A stretch of 64,000 bases of DNA, taken from positions 32,001 through 96,000 of the forward strand of contig JBDRKL010000004.1 in assembly GCA_043814055.1 (NCBI GenBank), given 5' to 3'. Position 1 is the first letter of the stretch. Each line of letters starts with the position of its first letter. This document shows positions 28,862-38,122 of the stretch, one piece after another. Origin of the DNA: an archaeon (GTDB lineage Archaea; Undinarchaeota; Undinarchaeia; Undinarchaeales; JBDRKL01). The position numbers and the translations under genes are program-made. The notes beneath the pieces were generated by a model. That model saw only the letters and a list, made by a program, of their open reading frames with translations, was not told the origin of the DNA and did not search any database.

Positions 28862-30046
28862 ATGACAAGCTTAGTAGATTTCTTAACGGAGAAAATAAAT
28901 GCTCTAAAGGAGCAGAATCTTTTCGGAGAACTTCCTGTACTGGAAGGTCAGCAGCAGGCGCGCGTGAGGCTTAACGGCAAGGACGTTATCACGCTTTCAA
29001 CAAACAATTACCTCGGCTTCGCGAACCACCCAAGGCTCGTAGAGGCTGCCAAGAAGTTCATGGACAAGTGGGGCTTTGGCACTGGCGCTGTGCGCCAGAT
29101 TGCCGGGACCATGTCTATTCACAACGAATTTGAGGCGCAACTCGCCAAGTTCCACGGAACCGAAGCTGCGTTGACTTTCGTTGCAGGAATCGCTGCAAAC
29201 AGAGGAACTATCCAGGCAATTATGGAGCCTGAGGACGTAATCATAAGCGACCAGCTCAACCACGGCAGTATTATTGACGGTGTCCGATTAACCAAATCAG
29301 CGCGTGAGATTTACGAGCACCTGAACACTGACGCGCTCCGCGAAGTGCTCAAGAAGCCTGAAGTCAAGGCAGCAAAGAAGCGACTCATTGTTACTGACGG
29401 TGTTTTCTCAATGGATGGAGACATCGCGCCGCTCAAGGAAATTGTTGAGCTCGCTGAAGAGTTTGACTGCATGACAATGGTTGACGACGCTCACGGAGAC
29501 GGTGTTCTTGGAAAGGACGGCAGAGGTATCTGCGACCACTTCGGCGTTGAAGGCCGCGTTGACATTGACATGGGCACAATGTCCAAGGCGTTCGGCTGTA
29601 TCGGCGGATTCGTCTGCGGAAGGCAGGAGCTACGCGAATACCTGTCAAACACTGCGCGCTCTTTCATCTTTACAACTGCGCACTCACCGGCAATCGTCGG
29701 TGCCTGCATGGAGTCAATAAAGATGGTCCAGGACGAGCCTCAGCACTTCAAGAATCTCTGGACAAACACAGATTACTTCAAGAAGGAAATGGGCTCACTC
29801 GGCTTTGACATTGGCAAGAGTGGAACTCCAATCACGCCGGTTATGGTCGGAGAGCCAAGAATCGCGCAGGAGCTCAGCAGGAACCTGTTCGCAGAAGGGC
29901 TTTACGTTAAGCCGATTGTGTTCCCGCTTGTTGCAAAGGATGCATCACGAGTTAGGAACATCGTGACCGCGCAGCACACTAGGGAAGATTTGGATGAGTG
30001 CCTGCGGATTTATGAGAAAGTCGGCAAGGACATGAAGCTCATCTAA
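28862..30046 (+). CDS. kbl: Glycine C-acetyltransferase (2-amino-3-ketobutyrate CoA ligase)
   Basis: NNYLG, LNHGSIIDG, DGVFSMDGD, DDAHG, GTMSKA. Confidence 0.88.
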   Translation: MTSLVDFLTEKINALKEQNLFGELPVLEGQQQARVRLNGKDVITLSTNNYLGFANHPRLVEAAKKFMDKWGFGTGAVRQIAGTMSIHNEFEAQLAKFHGTEAALTFVAGIAANRGTIQAIMEPEDVIISDQLNHGSIIDGVRLTKSAREIYEHLNTDALREVLKKPEVKAAKKRLIVTDGVFSMDGDIAPLKEIVELAEEFDCMTMVDDAHGDGVLGKDGRGICDHFGVEGRVDIDMGTMSKAFGCIGGFVCGRQELREYLSNTARSFIFTTAHSPAIVGACMESIKMVQDEPQHFKNLWTNTDYFKKEMGSLGFDIGKSGTPITPVMVGEPRIAQELSRNLFAEGLYVKPIVFPLVAKDASRVRNIVTAQHTREDLDECLRIYEKVGKDMKLI

Positions 30047-30089
30047 GCGCGGGATTAGTTATTTAAGAACCTCGCTCCTATTCAGCACT

Positions 30090-31748
30090 ATGTCCGTGAA
30101 AGATTTAATTAGAAAGCACGCGCTCGCCAACGCGCTCGCGCACAACGGGAAGGCTAACCCAGGCGCGATAATCGGCAAGCTCATTTCTGAAGACGATAAA
30201 TTAAAGAGCAAAATCAAGGAGCTCCAGCCTGATATTCAAAAAATCGTGAAAGAGGTCAACGCTCTCAAGCCTGCTGAGCAGGAAGCAGAGCTGAGGAAAA
30301 TCTTCCCGGAATTCTTTGAAAAGAAAGAAGCAGTGTCAAAGGATTTGCCTGAATTGCCAAACGCGGTTCAGGGAAAAGTTGTAACACGATTGGCTCCTGA
30401 GCCGAACGGGCACCTGCACATCGGCCACGGCATAGCGTTCTTTTTTAATCATTACTACGCCAAGCGCTACAATGGCAAATGCGTCCTGCGCTTTGAGGAC
30501 ACGAACCCGCAGGCGGAGAAGAAGGAATTCTACGAATCAATCGCAGAGGATCTGGACTGGCTCGGCATTGAATACGCTGAGCGCAAGAACAACTCTGACG
30601 ATGTTGAACTATTTTACAAGCACGGCGAAGCGCTTCTTGAGAAAGGCGAGCTCTATGTTTGCCAGTGCCCAGTTGAGCTTATGCGCGAGAACAGGGGCAA
30701 GGGCAAAGAGTGCGAGTGCAGAAAGAACACGCCTGAGCAGAACATCGAGCTCTGGAAAAAAATGCTCAAGGACCTTCCAGAAGGCATCGCAGTCGTGCGG
30801 TTAAAGGGTGATTTGAAAGCAAAGAATTCAGTTATGCGCGACCCAACAATGTTCCGTGTCATACTCGGCGACCACCCATTCCAGGGCACGAAATACCGGG
30901 TCTGGCCGCTCTACGACTTCGCGAACGCGATAGAAGACGCAGTGTGCGGAGTAACTCACGTAATCCGCTCGCACGAGTTTGACCAGCGCAACGAGCTCCA
31001 GAACCACATCCGCGACCTGCTCGGCCTAAAGAATCCTGAAATAATATCCTACACTCGCATACAGGTAGAAGCGTCCCCAACCTCAAAGCGCTTCCTCAAG
31101 CCGATGGTTGAGTCCGGCGAAGTAATGGGCTGGGATGACCCAAGGCTCGCAACAATCAAGGGCCTGAAGCGCAGGGGCATAATCCCGGAGACCGTGCACG
31201 AGCTCGGTCTGGAAGTGAGGATGACCCGCGGCTCAACAACAATTGACTGGAAGGCAATCTGCGGAGTGAACAAAAAGCTGCTTGAAGAAAAATCAGACCA
31301 TTACTACTTTGTTCCTGAGCCTGTAAAAGTTGAAGTCAAAGACGCTCCTGAAAAAACCGCAGAGCTCGCCCTGCACCCGTCGCTTGGCAAGGGCACTCGT
31401 AAAATCAAGGCAAAGAACATTTTCTACATTCCAAAAGAGGACGCGAAGAAAGGCAAGATGCGGCTCAAAGGGCTGTATAACATAAACTACCTCGGCAACG
31501 GCAAGGCAGAATACGCGGGCGAGGAATTGGTTCAGAGCATGCCGAAAATCCAGTGGGTCACAGACGACAATGTTGAGCTTGAATTACTCATACCTGATGT
31601 TTTAACAGCCAAAGACTCCCTCCAGACTGTGAAAGGCTTGGGTGAATTTGCGGTAGGAAAGCTCAAGGCGGGTGACATCGTCCAGTTTGAGCGAGTTGGT
31701 TTCTGCAGGAAAGACTCGGACAAAGTGTTCATTCGGGCGCACAAATGA
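30090..31748 (+). CDS. gltX: Glutamate--tRNA ligase
   Basis: APEPNGHLHIGH, RFEDTN, GWDDPRL. Confidence 0.95.
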   Translation: MSVKDLIRKHALANALAHNGKANPGAIIGKLISEDDKLKSKIKELQPDIQKIVKEVNALKPAEQEAELRKIFPEFFEKKEAVSKDLPELPNAVQGKVVTRLAPEPNGHLHIGHGIAFFFNHYYAKRYNGKCVLRFEDTNPQAEKKEFYESIAEDLDWLGIEYAERKNNSDDVELFYKHGEALLEKGELYVCQCPVELMRENRGKGKECECRKNTPEQNIELWKKMLKDLPEGIAVVRLKGDLKAKNSVMRDPTMFRVILGDHPFQGTKYRVWPLYDFANAIEDAVCGVTHVIRSHEFDQRNELQNHIRDLLGLKNPEIISYTRIQVEASPTSKRFLKPMVESGEVMGWDDPRLATIKGLKRRGIIPETVHELGLEVRMTRGSTTIDWKAICGVNKKLLEEKSDHYYFVPEPVKVEVKDAPEKTAELALHPSLGKGTRKIKAKNIFYIPKEDAKKGKMRLKGLYNINYLGNGKAEYAGEELVQSMPKIQWVTDDNVELELLIPDVLTAKDSLQTVKGLGEFAVGKLKAGDIVQFERVGFCRKDSDKVFIRAHK

Positions 31749-32050
31749 AAATCAAGAAGGAAAAGAAATGCAGCGAGTGTGGCGAGAAATTATCTAAGCA
31801 GGCCAAGGTCTGCCCTGAGTGCGGTGAAAACCAAACTAAAAAAAACATGAGTTTTAAATTCTGGAACTTTGACTCAGTATTCTGCTTAACCCCTATGCTC
31901 CTGTTGATTCTGGTTGTTGTGTTGTTCTACAAGAGCCCTTTATTGCAGTCTTTTGTCATGGTGCTCCTCGTTATAGCGCTGGTTTTAATAATTTTTATAT
32001 TGCTGATGGTATCTGGAGCAATCTACAAGTTCAAAAACATCTTTGGCTAA
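31745..32050 (+). CDS. Zinc-ribbon membrane protein
   Basis: CSECG...CPECG followed by two TM helices. Confidence 0.7.
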   Translation: MKIKKEKKCSECGEKLSKQAKVCPECGENQTKKNMSFKFWNFDSVFCLTPMLLLILVVVLFYKSPLLQSFVMVLLVIALVLIIFILLMVSGAIYKFKNIFG

Positions 32051-32566
32051 TTACTTGCCAAGCGTGACTGATTTCCTGGACTCGTCCAAAAGCACATAGC
32101 AGTCAAGGTCAACTTCGTTGCCGCAGGCGCTGTCATACCAGTAAACCTGGAGCGCTGTGTTTCTCCTGTCCTTGCTCGCCAGCTGGTCGCTGTCCACGCT
32201 TATCTTGGCTGTGTATTCCTGAGCTGCGGTTCCCTCATAGCTGAACGCGTCGTTCGCAACCATAAATACCTCGTAGGTGTCTCCGTCAAGCTTTGTCAAG
32301 CCGAAGCGCTCGTAATTGTTATCCCGGATGTTGCCCTCAACGCTGAACGCGGTCGGGACTAGAATCGCAACATAGGTCTCGCCTTTGCCTTCTACTGCGC
32401 TGAGCTTGAACTTCACGTTTGCTGTGCCGTCCTCGTCAACTAATCCGTCTTGGCTGTAGCTGTCAATGCTGATAGAAACTGGTGTTGTGTCTGCATCCTC
32501 GCTGGTGATGCAGCCGCTGAAAGCGACTAGAATAATTAGTATAAGTGCTAGCAGTAATTTTTCCAT
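32051..32566 (-). CDS. Secreted lipoprotein
   Basis: FSGC lipobox, beta-rich mature part. Confidence 0.75.
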   Translation of the reverse strand: MEKLLLALILIILVAFSGCITSEDADTTPVSISIDSYSQDGLVDEDGTANVKFKLSAVEGKGETYVAILVPTAFSVEGNIRDNNYERFGLTKLDGDTYEVFMVANDAFSYEGTAAQEYTAKISVDSDQLASKDRRNTALQVYWYDSACGNEVDLDCYVLLDESRKSVTLGK

Positions 32567-32620
32567 AGAGCGGAGTAGTGAGTTGGGGTTTAAATAATTT
32601 ATTTAAGCTCCGTAACCTCT

Positions 32621-33550
32621 TTACATGTCAAAATCAGTCGGAACTCTACTAAGAAGATCAACAACTTGTTCTGGCAGTTCTTTTAAGGTGGTTCTGAACT
32701 CTCCGCTTGCACAGCCCTTTCCACTATTTGACAATCCTTTCTCTTTTAATTTTGCAATGAACTTATCTGTTATTTTTGGAATTCCCCAATTAATAATAAC
32801 TGGGTCGTGTTTCCCTTTGTACTCTATCGCAACTGTTGTAGCGTGCCCAATATCCCTAAGGCTAATATGTTTGTAACCTTCTATTGTTATGAATTCAACC
32901 CACGTGTATCCAATTCTTGATTCTATCAAAGCATCTGCAATACTCTTGGCAACGTTGTCAACTTCTCCGTAGAAATTGATAGTTCTCTTATATCCAAGAG
33001 CCTCTCCTGCATCAACTTTTTTTGTTATTTTCCCTTTGTACTCAACTATTCCATACTTGTGTATTACATGCAAAAGTTCATTAAATGAATACGTCTCATC
33101 TGAAAGCTTCGCAAGGCCTTTTTCATTTGCAATACCACATCCAAATATATTGTCTACAACACTTAGCGCAAACTCGCTTCTGAGCATTGATACTTTTTTG
33201 ATATATGCAAGTGAATATGAACTGTGAACTGGGCCTCCAAACTCTTTTTGCACATCAAGTTTCTTTGTGCTGTACCACTTGTGCAATTTGCTCATATTTT
33301 CTGGTTTTTCCAGCTCTTCGTGGTATTCGCCATAAACTCTTTGAATGTTCCCCATTAATTTTTTTTCAACATCATTTGGTATGTCAGTCATACCGCGCAA
33401 AAGGTCAACCTGTCCTTTTATTCTCTTGCGAAGCATCTCGGCAACCTGTTCTTCAGAATATCGGAATTGATGTTTTGTTGCTTCCATCAGATTCTTAATG
33501 TACGTATCATTTTCAACGAACATTATGAGATACTTGAGTTTTTTATCCAT
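32621..33550 (-). CDS. AT-rich hypothetical protein
   Basis: 309-aa ORF with no recognised motif. Confidence 0.7.
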   Translation of the reverse strand: MDKKLKYLIMFVENDTYIKNLMEATKHQFRYSEEQVAEMLRKRIKGQVDLLRGMTDIPNDVEKKLMGNIQRVYGEYHEELEKPENMSKLHKWYSTKKLDVQKEFGGPVHSSYSLAYIKKVSMLRSEFALSVVDNIFGCGIANEKGLAKLSDETYSFNELLHVIHKYGIVEYKGKITKKVDAGEALGYKRTINFYGEVDNVAKSIADALIESRIGYTWVEFITIEGYKHISLRDIGHATTVAIEYKGKHDPVIINWGIPKITDKFIAKLKEKGLSNSGKGCASGEFRTTLKELPEQVVDLLSRVPTDFDM

Positions 33551-33556
33551 ACTATT

Positions 33557-34594
33557 CTACTGGTTAGGCTCAATTATAACCTTTATGGAGTCCTCAGCCT
33601 TCAGCACCAATTCAAACCCTTTTTGAGTCTCCTCAAGCGGAAGCCTGTGCGTGACCATATCAGCCACATTAACTTTTTTAGATTCAATTAGCTCAATCGC
33701 TTCTTTCAAATCATAATGCACCGCGGCGTATGAACTGGTTAGAGTTGCGCACTTTGACCACAGCTCCTGCAAAGGCATCTCAACATTAACGCCTGGGTCA
33801 GTTGGCGCGAAGAACAGAATTGTCCCGCCTGGCGCAACTGACTTAATCGCCTGCTGTATCGCAGGCAAAGCGCCTGTGCAAACTATCACGCGGTCAAACT
33901 CTTTCGCACACTGACGCTCCGCGCCAGTGGCGCGCTTGGCTTCGCCAAGCTGTGCCTTGTAGTCCTTTGCATTAATCGCTTCATCCGCGCCGAACTTCTT
34001 TGCAGCGTCAAGTCTGAACTGCGAAACATCAGTTGCCGTTACTCTGCAGCCCTTTGACTTTGCGAGCTGAATATGCAAAAGCCCTGATATTCCGCTCCCT
34101 AAAACCAGCACGCTGTGCTCTGGTTTCACTCTTGCTTTCCTCTGCGCCCGAACCACGCAGCCCAGCGGCTCAATGAAAGTTCCTTCCTCAAAGCTCATCG
34201 AGTCCGGCAGCTTAAACGCGCCTTTCTGAACATTAATCTCAGGCAGTTTCAAGTACTCAGCAAACCCGCCTGGGTAAAACTTGGTAGAGCGCAGGGTCTC
34301 GCACACAGTCTCGTTCCCGTCTTTGCACGCCTTGCACTCGTCGCAGGGCACGTGGTGCGTTGCAAAAACTCTGTCTCCTTTCTTGAACAAATCAGATTTT
34401 GATTCTTCAACAATCCCAGCAATCTCGTGACCAAGCACAAGCGGCGCTTTCTTAATGCGATACCACTCCATCACGTCAGAGCCGCAGATGCCTGAAGCCA
34501 TAACTTTCACAAGAACTTCGCCCTGCTTGAGCTCTGGCTTGGGCTGGTCTTCAATTCTTATATCCTTGTTGTTGTAATACATTGCTGTTTTCAT
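33557..34594 (-). CDS. Zn-dependent alcohol/polyol dehydrogenase (MDR family)
   Basis: GICGSD, LGHE, CDECKAC...C, GSGISG. Confidence 0.92.
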   Translation of the reverse strand: MKTAMYYNNKDIRIEDQPKPELKQGEVLVKVMASGICGSDVMEWYRIKKAPLVLGHEIAGIVEESKSDLFKKGDRVFATHHVPCDECKACKDGNETVCETLRSTKFYPGGFAEYLKLPEINVQKGAFKLPDSMSFEEGTFIEPLGCVVRAQRKARVKPEHSVLVLGSGISGLLHIQLAKSKGCRVTATDVSQFRLDAAKKFGADEAINAKDYKAQLGEAKRATGAERQCAKEFDRVIVCTGALPAIQQAIKSVAPGGTILFFAPTDPGVNVEMPLQELWSKCATLTSSYAAVHYDLKEAIELIESKKVNVADMVTHRLPLEETQKGFELVLKAEDSIKVIIEPNQ

Positions 34595-34641
34595 TTTAAC
34601 CTTTGAATGATTTTATATAGTCCAGTCAGCTATTTATTTGT

Positions 34642-35445
34642 ATGACTAAAAATACTTTACTCATCACAGTTCTTTTCGGAGTGATACTGTTCAGCGGCTG
34701 CGTGCAGGAGCAGGAACCAGACGGACCTGCCACCGGAGGAGCTTCTGAGATATGGATACAACCCGCGGAGATCACAATATATGATGACTACCTAACCGTT
34801 ATCCAAGGCAGGGTCGGGTCTCCTCATGACTTAGGAACCATTGAGGCAACCATAGTTTCAATTGTGGAATCCGAGGTATGCCCGTACACAGAGGAGGATT
34901 GCAGCATGGAAACTTATCCAAAAGATGCTGGCATAATAAGGATAGATAAAATCGTTGAATACACATCTTATTCCGAACAGCTCGAGGATCAGCCAGTTGA
35001 AGAATCTGCCGATGAGGTTTCTGAAGAAGGTGTAATTTCAACTCCCGGATCCCCCGGCATTGGTGTGCCAGCCCAACTGCCTGAGTATGAGCAGCTTGCA
35101 GAAGACCGTGAGGTTTCTGCAATTTTTGTGCTCACCACGCGTCCAGTGAAAGTCAATTACATTTCAGTTGAGCCCAGTACTGGCGGGCCTGAGTCCGCAA
35201 CCAGCGGAACTGAATCAGCAACTGATGTGGTTTCGCACAGCGTTGACCAACAAGGTGCAGAACCGTTGCAAAAGGTTTTCAAGCCTATTCCAAAGCAGGG
35301 CAATTACTTTGTATTCACAACCAAAATACTGCCATACCCTCAAACAAGCCAGAAGACCCTGCCCGGTTTGGAAGTTGGGTCAAAATTCCGCGCAGAAATT
35401 GAGTATGACGGAACAGTGTTTATTGAGGAATACAGCATAATTTAA
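34642..35445 (+). CDS. Secreted lipoprotein
   Basis: FSGC lipobox, acidic mature region. Confidence 0.75.
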   Translation: MTKNTLLITVLFGVILFSGCVQEQEPDGPATGGASEIWIQPAEITIYDDYLTVIQGRVGSPHDLGTIEATIVSIVESEVCPYTEEDCSMETYPKDAGIIRIDKIVEYTSYSEQLEDQPVEESADEVSEEGVISTPGSPGIGVPAQLPEYEQLAEDREVSAIFVLTTRPVKVNYISVEPSTGGPESATSGTESATDVVSHSVDQQGAEPLQKVFKPIPKQGNYFVFTTKILPYPQTSQKTLPGLEVGSKFRAEIEYDGTVFIEEYSII

Positions 35446-35483
35446 AAGTTTAGGTTTGAGTAGCTGCTATTTTTTAACAGAAT

Positions 35484-36674
35484 TCAACTATTGTTTTCCA
35501 TAACAATTGCTTCAGTTGGATAACCACTATCTATATTAAAATCTACACGGTTGTTTGTCATCCTGTTGTTTCTGAATATGGCCTTTTTTCCTTCTTCCTC
35601 TCCATACAGGAAATTCTGATTCAAGTATACACCTGCGTACTGTCCCTCAATGACATTCTCTTCGACAACAGGATAAGCATTTTTATAAATAACAATTCCA
35701 ACACCACCTCTATCTGGGTCAGGCTGCAGGCTTCGGTCACCCAGATGGAAATAATTGCCCTTGATTAGGGAAGAACCGCCAGCATAATCAATTCCTTCAT
35801 GGCCGCAATTATATATTTCATTATTAAGTATTTGCGGGCTTATTGGTTTATTATGGCCAATGCAAATACAGCATTCCAGGCTATTTCTAATAATACTATT
35901 GGCTAAGACAACATCAGAGGATTCTTGAAAATTATTATATCGGGAATATTCAACAATTGCATACTCCAGTTTTCCATGATTAATACTCAAGCCATCCCAG
36001 TCATATGTTGTTGGCGTATCACTGTCTGAAGTAAAGAGTATTTTGTTGTCTTGAGTTCCAGATGCATTCAATGTACCAGCTATCATAATTCTTGTGCTTT
36101 TTGTTTCAATTCTATCAGGATCTTTTGGAAATGGCGGATCATGTGGATGATCCACTCCGCCATGCTGGTCATCACTCATAGCAGCTACTTCAATAATCGT
36201 TCCAGGCAGTATCGTCAAAGTTGCCCCTTCTATCACATTTATATCGCCTGTAACATGAATTGTCCCACCCCATACGTCATCTTTATTTAAAACACCACTT
36301 TTTACACAGTCAACTGCGCATTCTTTATATGTCTCTCCTACATCACAAAGACCATTGCCGCAGCAAGGGATTATTGGCTCATTTGTGCACTTCTGCCCGG
36401 GATAATCATAGCTGTCTGTTGTGCATTTGTTTTCATCGTTGCAATTTGGGCAGTCAGTCAGGCAACTTGAGTGCGTTTCAGCACCCTCGTCGCATATTTC
36501 ATTGCCGCAGCAGGGAAGTATTTCAGAATAAGAGCAATTATAATCAGTACAGCCCTTGGTAAAGCATTGCTTGTTCGGGCAGTCTTCTGCGGATTTGCAT
36601 TCTTTTTCTTGAATGCATCCGCTAATCAAAACAATTCCTACCAGCAATCCGATTAAGATTATTTTTTTATTCAT
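35484..36674 (-). CDS. Lipoprotein with Cys-rich repeats and a right-handed beta-helix domain
   Basis: ISGC lipobox, CCGN..CD repeats, LTILPGT and NNEIYN beta-helix pattern. Confidence 0.8.
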   Translation of the reverse strand: MNKKIILIGLLVGIVLISGCIQEKECKSAEDCPNKQCFTKGCTDYNCSYSEILPCCGNEICDEGAETHSSCLTDCPNCNDENKCTTDSYDYPGQKCTNEPIIPCCGNGLCDVGETYKECAVDCVKSGVLNKDDVWGGTIHVTGDINVIEGATLTILPGTIIEVAAMSDDQHGGVDHPHDPPFPKDPDRIETKSTRIMIAGTLNASGTQDNKILFTSDSDTPTTYDWDGLSINHGKLEYAIVEYSRYNNFQESSDVVLANSIIRNSLECCICIGHNKPISPQILNNEIYNCGHEGIDYAGGSSLIKGNYFHLGDRSLQPDPDRGGVGIVIYKNAYPVVEENVIEGQYAGVYLNQNFLYGEEEGKKAIFRNNRMTNNRVDFNIDSGYPTEAIVMENNS

Positions 36675-38092
36675 TTTACTCGAAGTATCAGTGGATAATC
36701 CCTGACAATCAAATCCTGGATTACCAGGTCCCCGTTTTCATTGCTTATTATTATATTTTGTTGATAGTCATTCAGGGTATCAGTGCCCACCACTTCCTGG
36801 GCAGTAACATCTGAGATAGTCAAGTTGGCGTTTATTCCAGGATCTTCATCAACTGCCACGCCGTCCGTCCACAGCGCGACCATCCTCTCGCCGCCTGGCA
36901 GCGAAAAAGCATAGCTCCTCATATCCGTTGCCCCGCTTTCTATCTCCATCGGCAAGTCCATGGGCTCAGCCCCTGCCATAGCCGTGGCCAGATTTTGGGT
37001 CACAATTACCTGCTTCCTGTTGCTCGCGGCGAGCCCGGTGGTGCAGTCCATGCCCCGAACCATCACAGTGCCCCTGATAAGGTACTTTGCAGCCGCTGTT
37101 TCAGTGTACTCGTCGTATTCAGAGGGATGGGCGCTTTCGGAGGTCCGCCAGTGCAGCTCCTCGGCTATGTACTCGCCCTCAAAGCCGTTGGCAGAAGCCG
37201 TATCCTTGATTTCCTGGATTAGGTTTGGATAGTCATAGTAGTATTCCGCCCTGTATTCCGGCGAGCTTCCGGAGCCAAAGTGCCAGGAAACACCGTCCAC
37301 CAAAGGCATTACATCCGACTCCAGGATGTTGAAGAAGTAGTCACGGCTGCCAGGCTCGGTAAAAGGGGAGACTGCCCCAACCACTATCTTCGCGTCCGGG
37401 TCCTCCTGGCGGATGACTGGGATGGTCCGAGTAGCCAGATTTATGTAGTCATCCGATTCCACATACTGCTGGTCACCCTCTCCCTTCCCAATGTCCGGCT
37501 CATTCAGCAGTTCATAGTATTCTATGCGGCCTTTGAAATGGCTGGCAACGAACTTCACATAATCTAGATAACGCTCTATTTCCTCCTCTGTCTTGAATCT
37601 TGAATAGTCCGCTTCCAGCTTGACCGGGATTTCCTCATCCCAGTAGACCAGGGTATGCATGACCTTTATGCCCTTCTCATTCAGGATCGTTACCGCCCTG
37701 TCCTGCTCGGGATAAACATAGTGCTCGGAATACGACGTATCCTCCACTTCATTCCAGTCAAAAACGTCAATGCTCACGCGCATCCAACTCAGCCCCATCT
37801 CATTGATGCGATTGGCGAAGCGTTCCGGGGTCTCGGACGTCTCCGGGTTATCCATGAAGAGGTCCTTCTGTATTGTATACATCTCCCCCATCTTGTTGTC
37901 TTCGAGGTTCTCTGACCACTCTAGCGGGATTTTGCGTATGGACTGCGTGTTTCCGCTCTGAAACCACTCAAATCCGGGTTCAGTCTCCGGTTCTTCCTCT
38001 TCCGCAGGCTCTATCTCTTCTTCCTTTTCTTCAACACAGCCGCTAATAAAAATAATTCCTACCAGCAATCCGATTAAGATTATTTTTTTCAT
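36671..38092 (-). CDS. Lipoprotein with clan GH-A-like glycoside hydrolase domain
   Basis: ISGC lipobox, YYELLNEPD acid/base motif, DGVSWH, YIAEE. Confidence 0.75.
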   Translation of the reverse strand: MKKIILIGLLVGIIFISGCVEEKEEEIEPAEEEEPETEPGFEWFQSGNTQSIRKIPLEWSENLEDNKMGEMYTIQKDLFMDNPETSETPERFANRINEMGLSWMRVSIDVFDWNEVEDTSYSEHYVYPEQDRAVTILNEKGIKVMHTLVYWDEEIPVKLEADYSRFKTEEEIERYLDYVKFVASHFKGRIEYYELLNEPDIGKGEGDQQYVESDDYINLATRTIPVIRQEDPDAKIVVGAVSPFTEPGSRDYFFNILESDVMPLVDGVSWHFGSGSSPEYRAEYYYDYPNLIQEIKDTASANGFEGEYIAEELHWRTSESAHPSEYDEYTETAAAKYLIRGTVMVRGMDCTTGLAASNRKQVIVTQNLATAMAGAEPMDLPMEIESGATDMRSYAFSLPGGERMVALWTDGVAVDEDPGINANLTISDVTAQEVVGTDTLNDYQQNIIISNENGDLVIQDLIVRDYPLILRVK

Positions 38093-38122
38093 TTTCTAAC
38101 TATCATCATTTCATGTGTGTTC

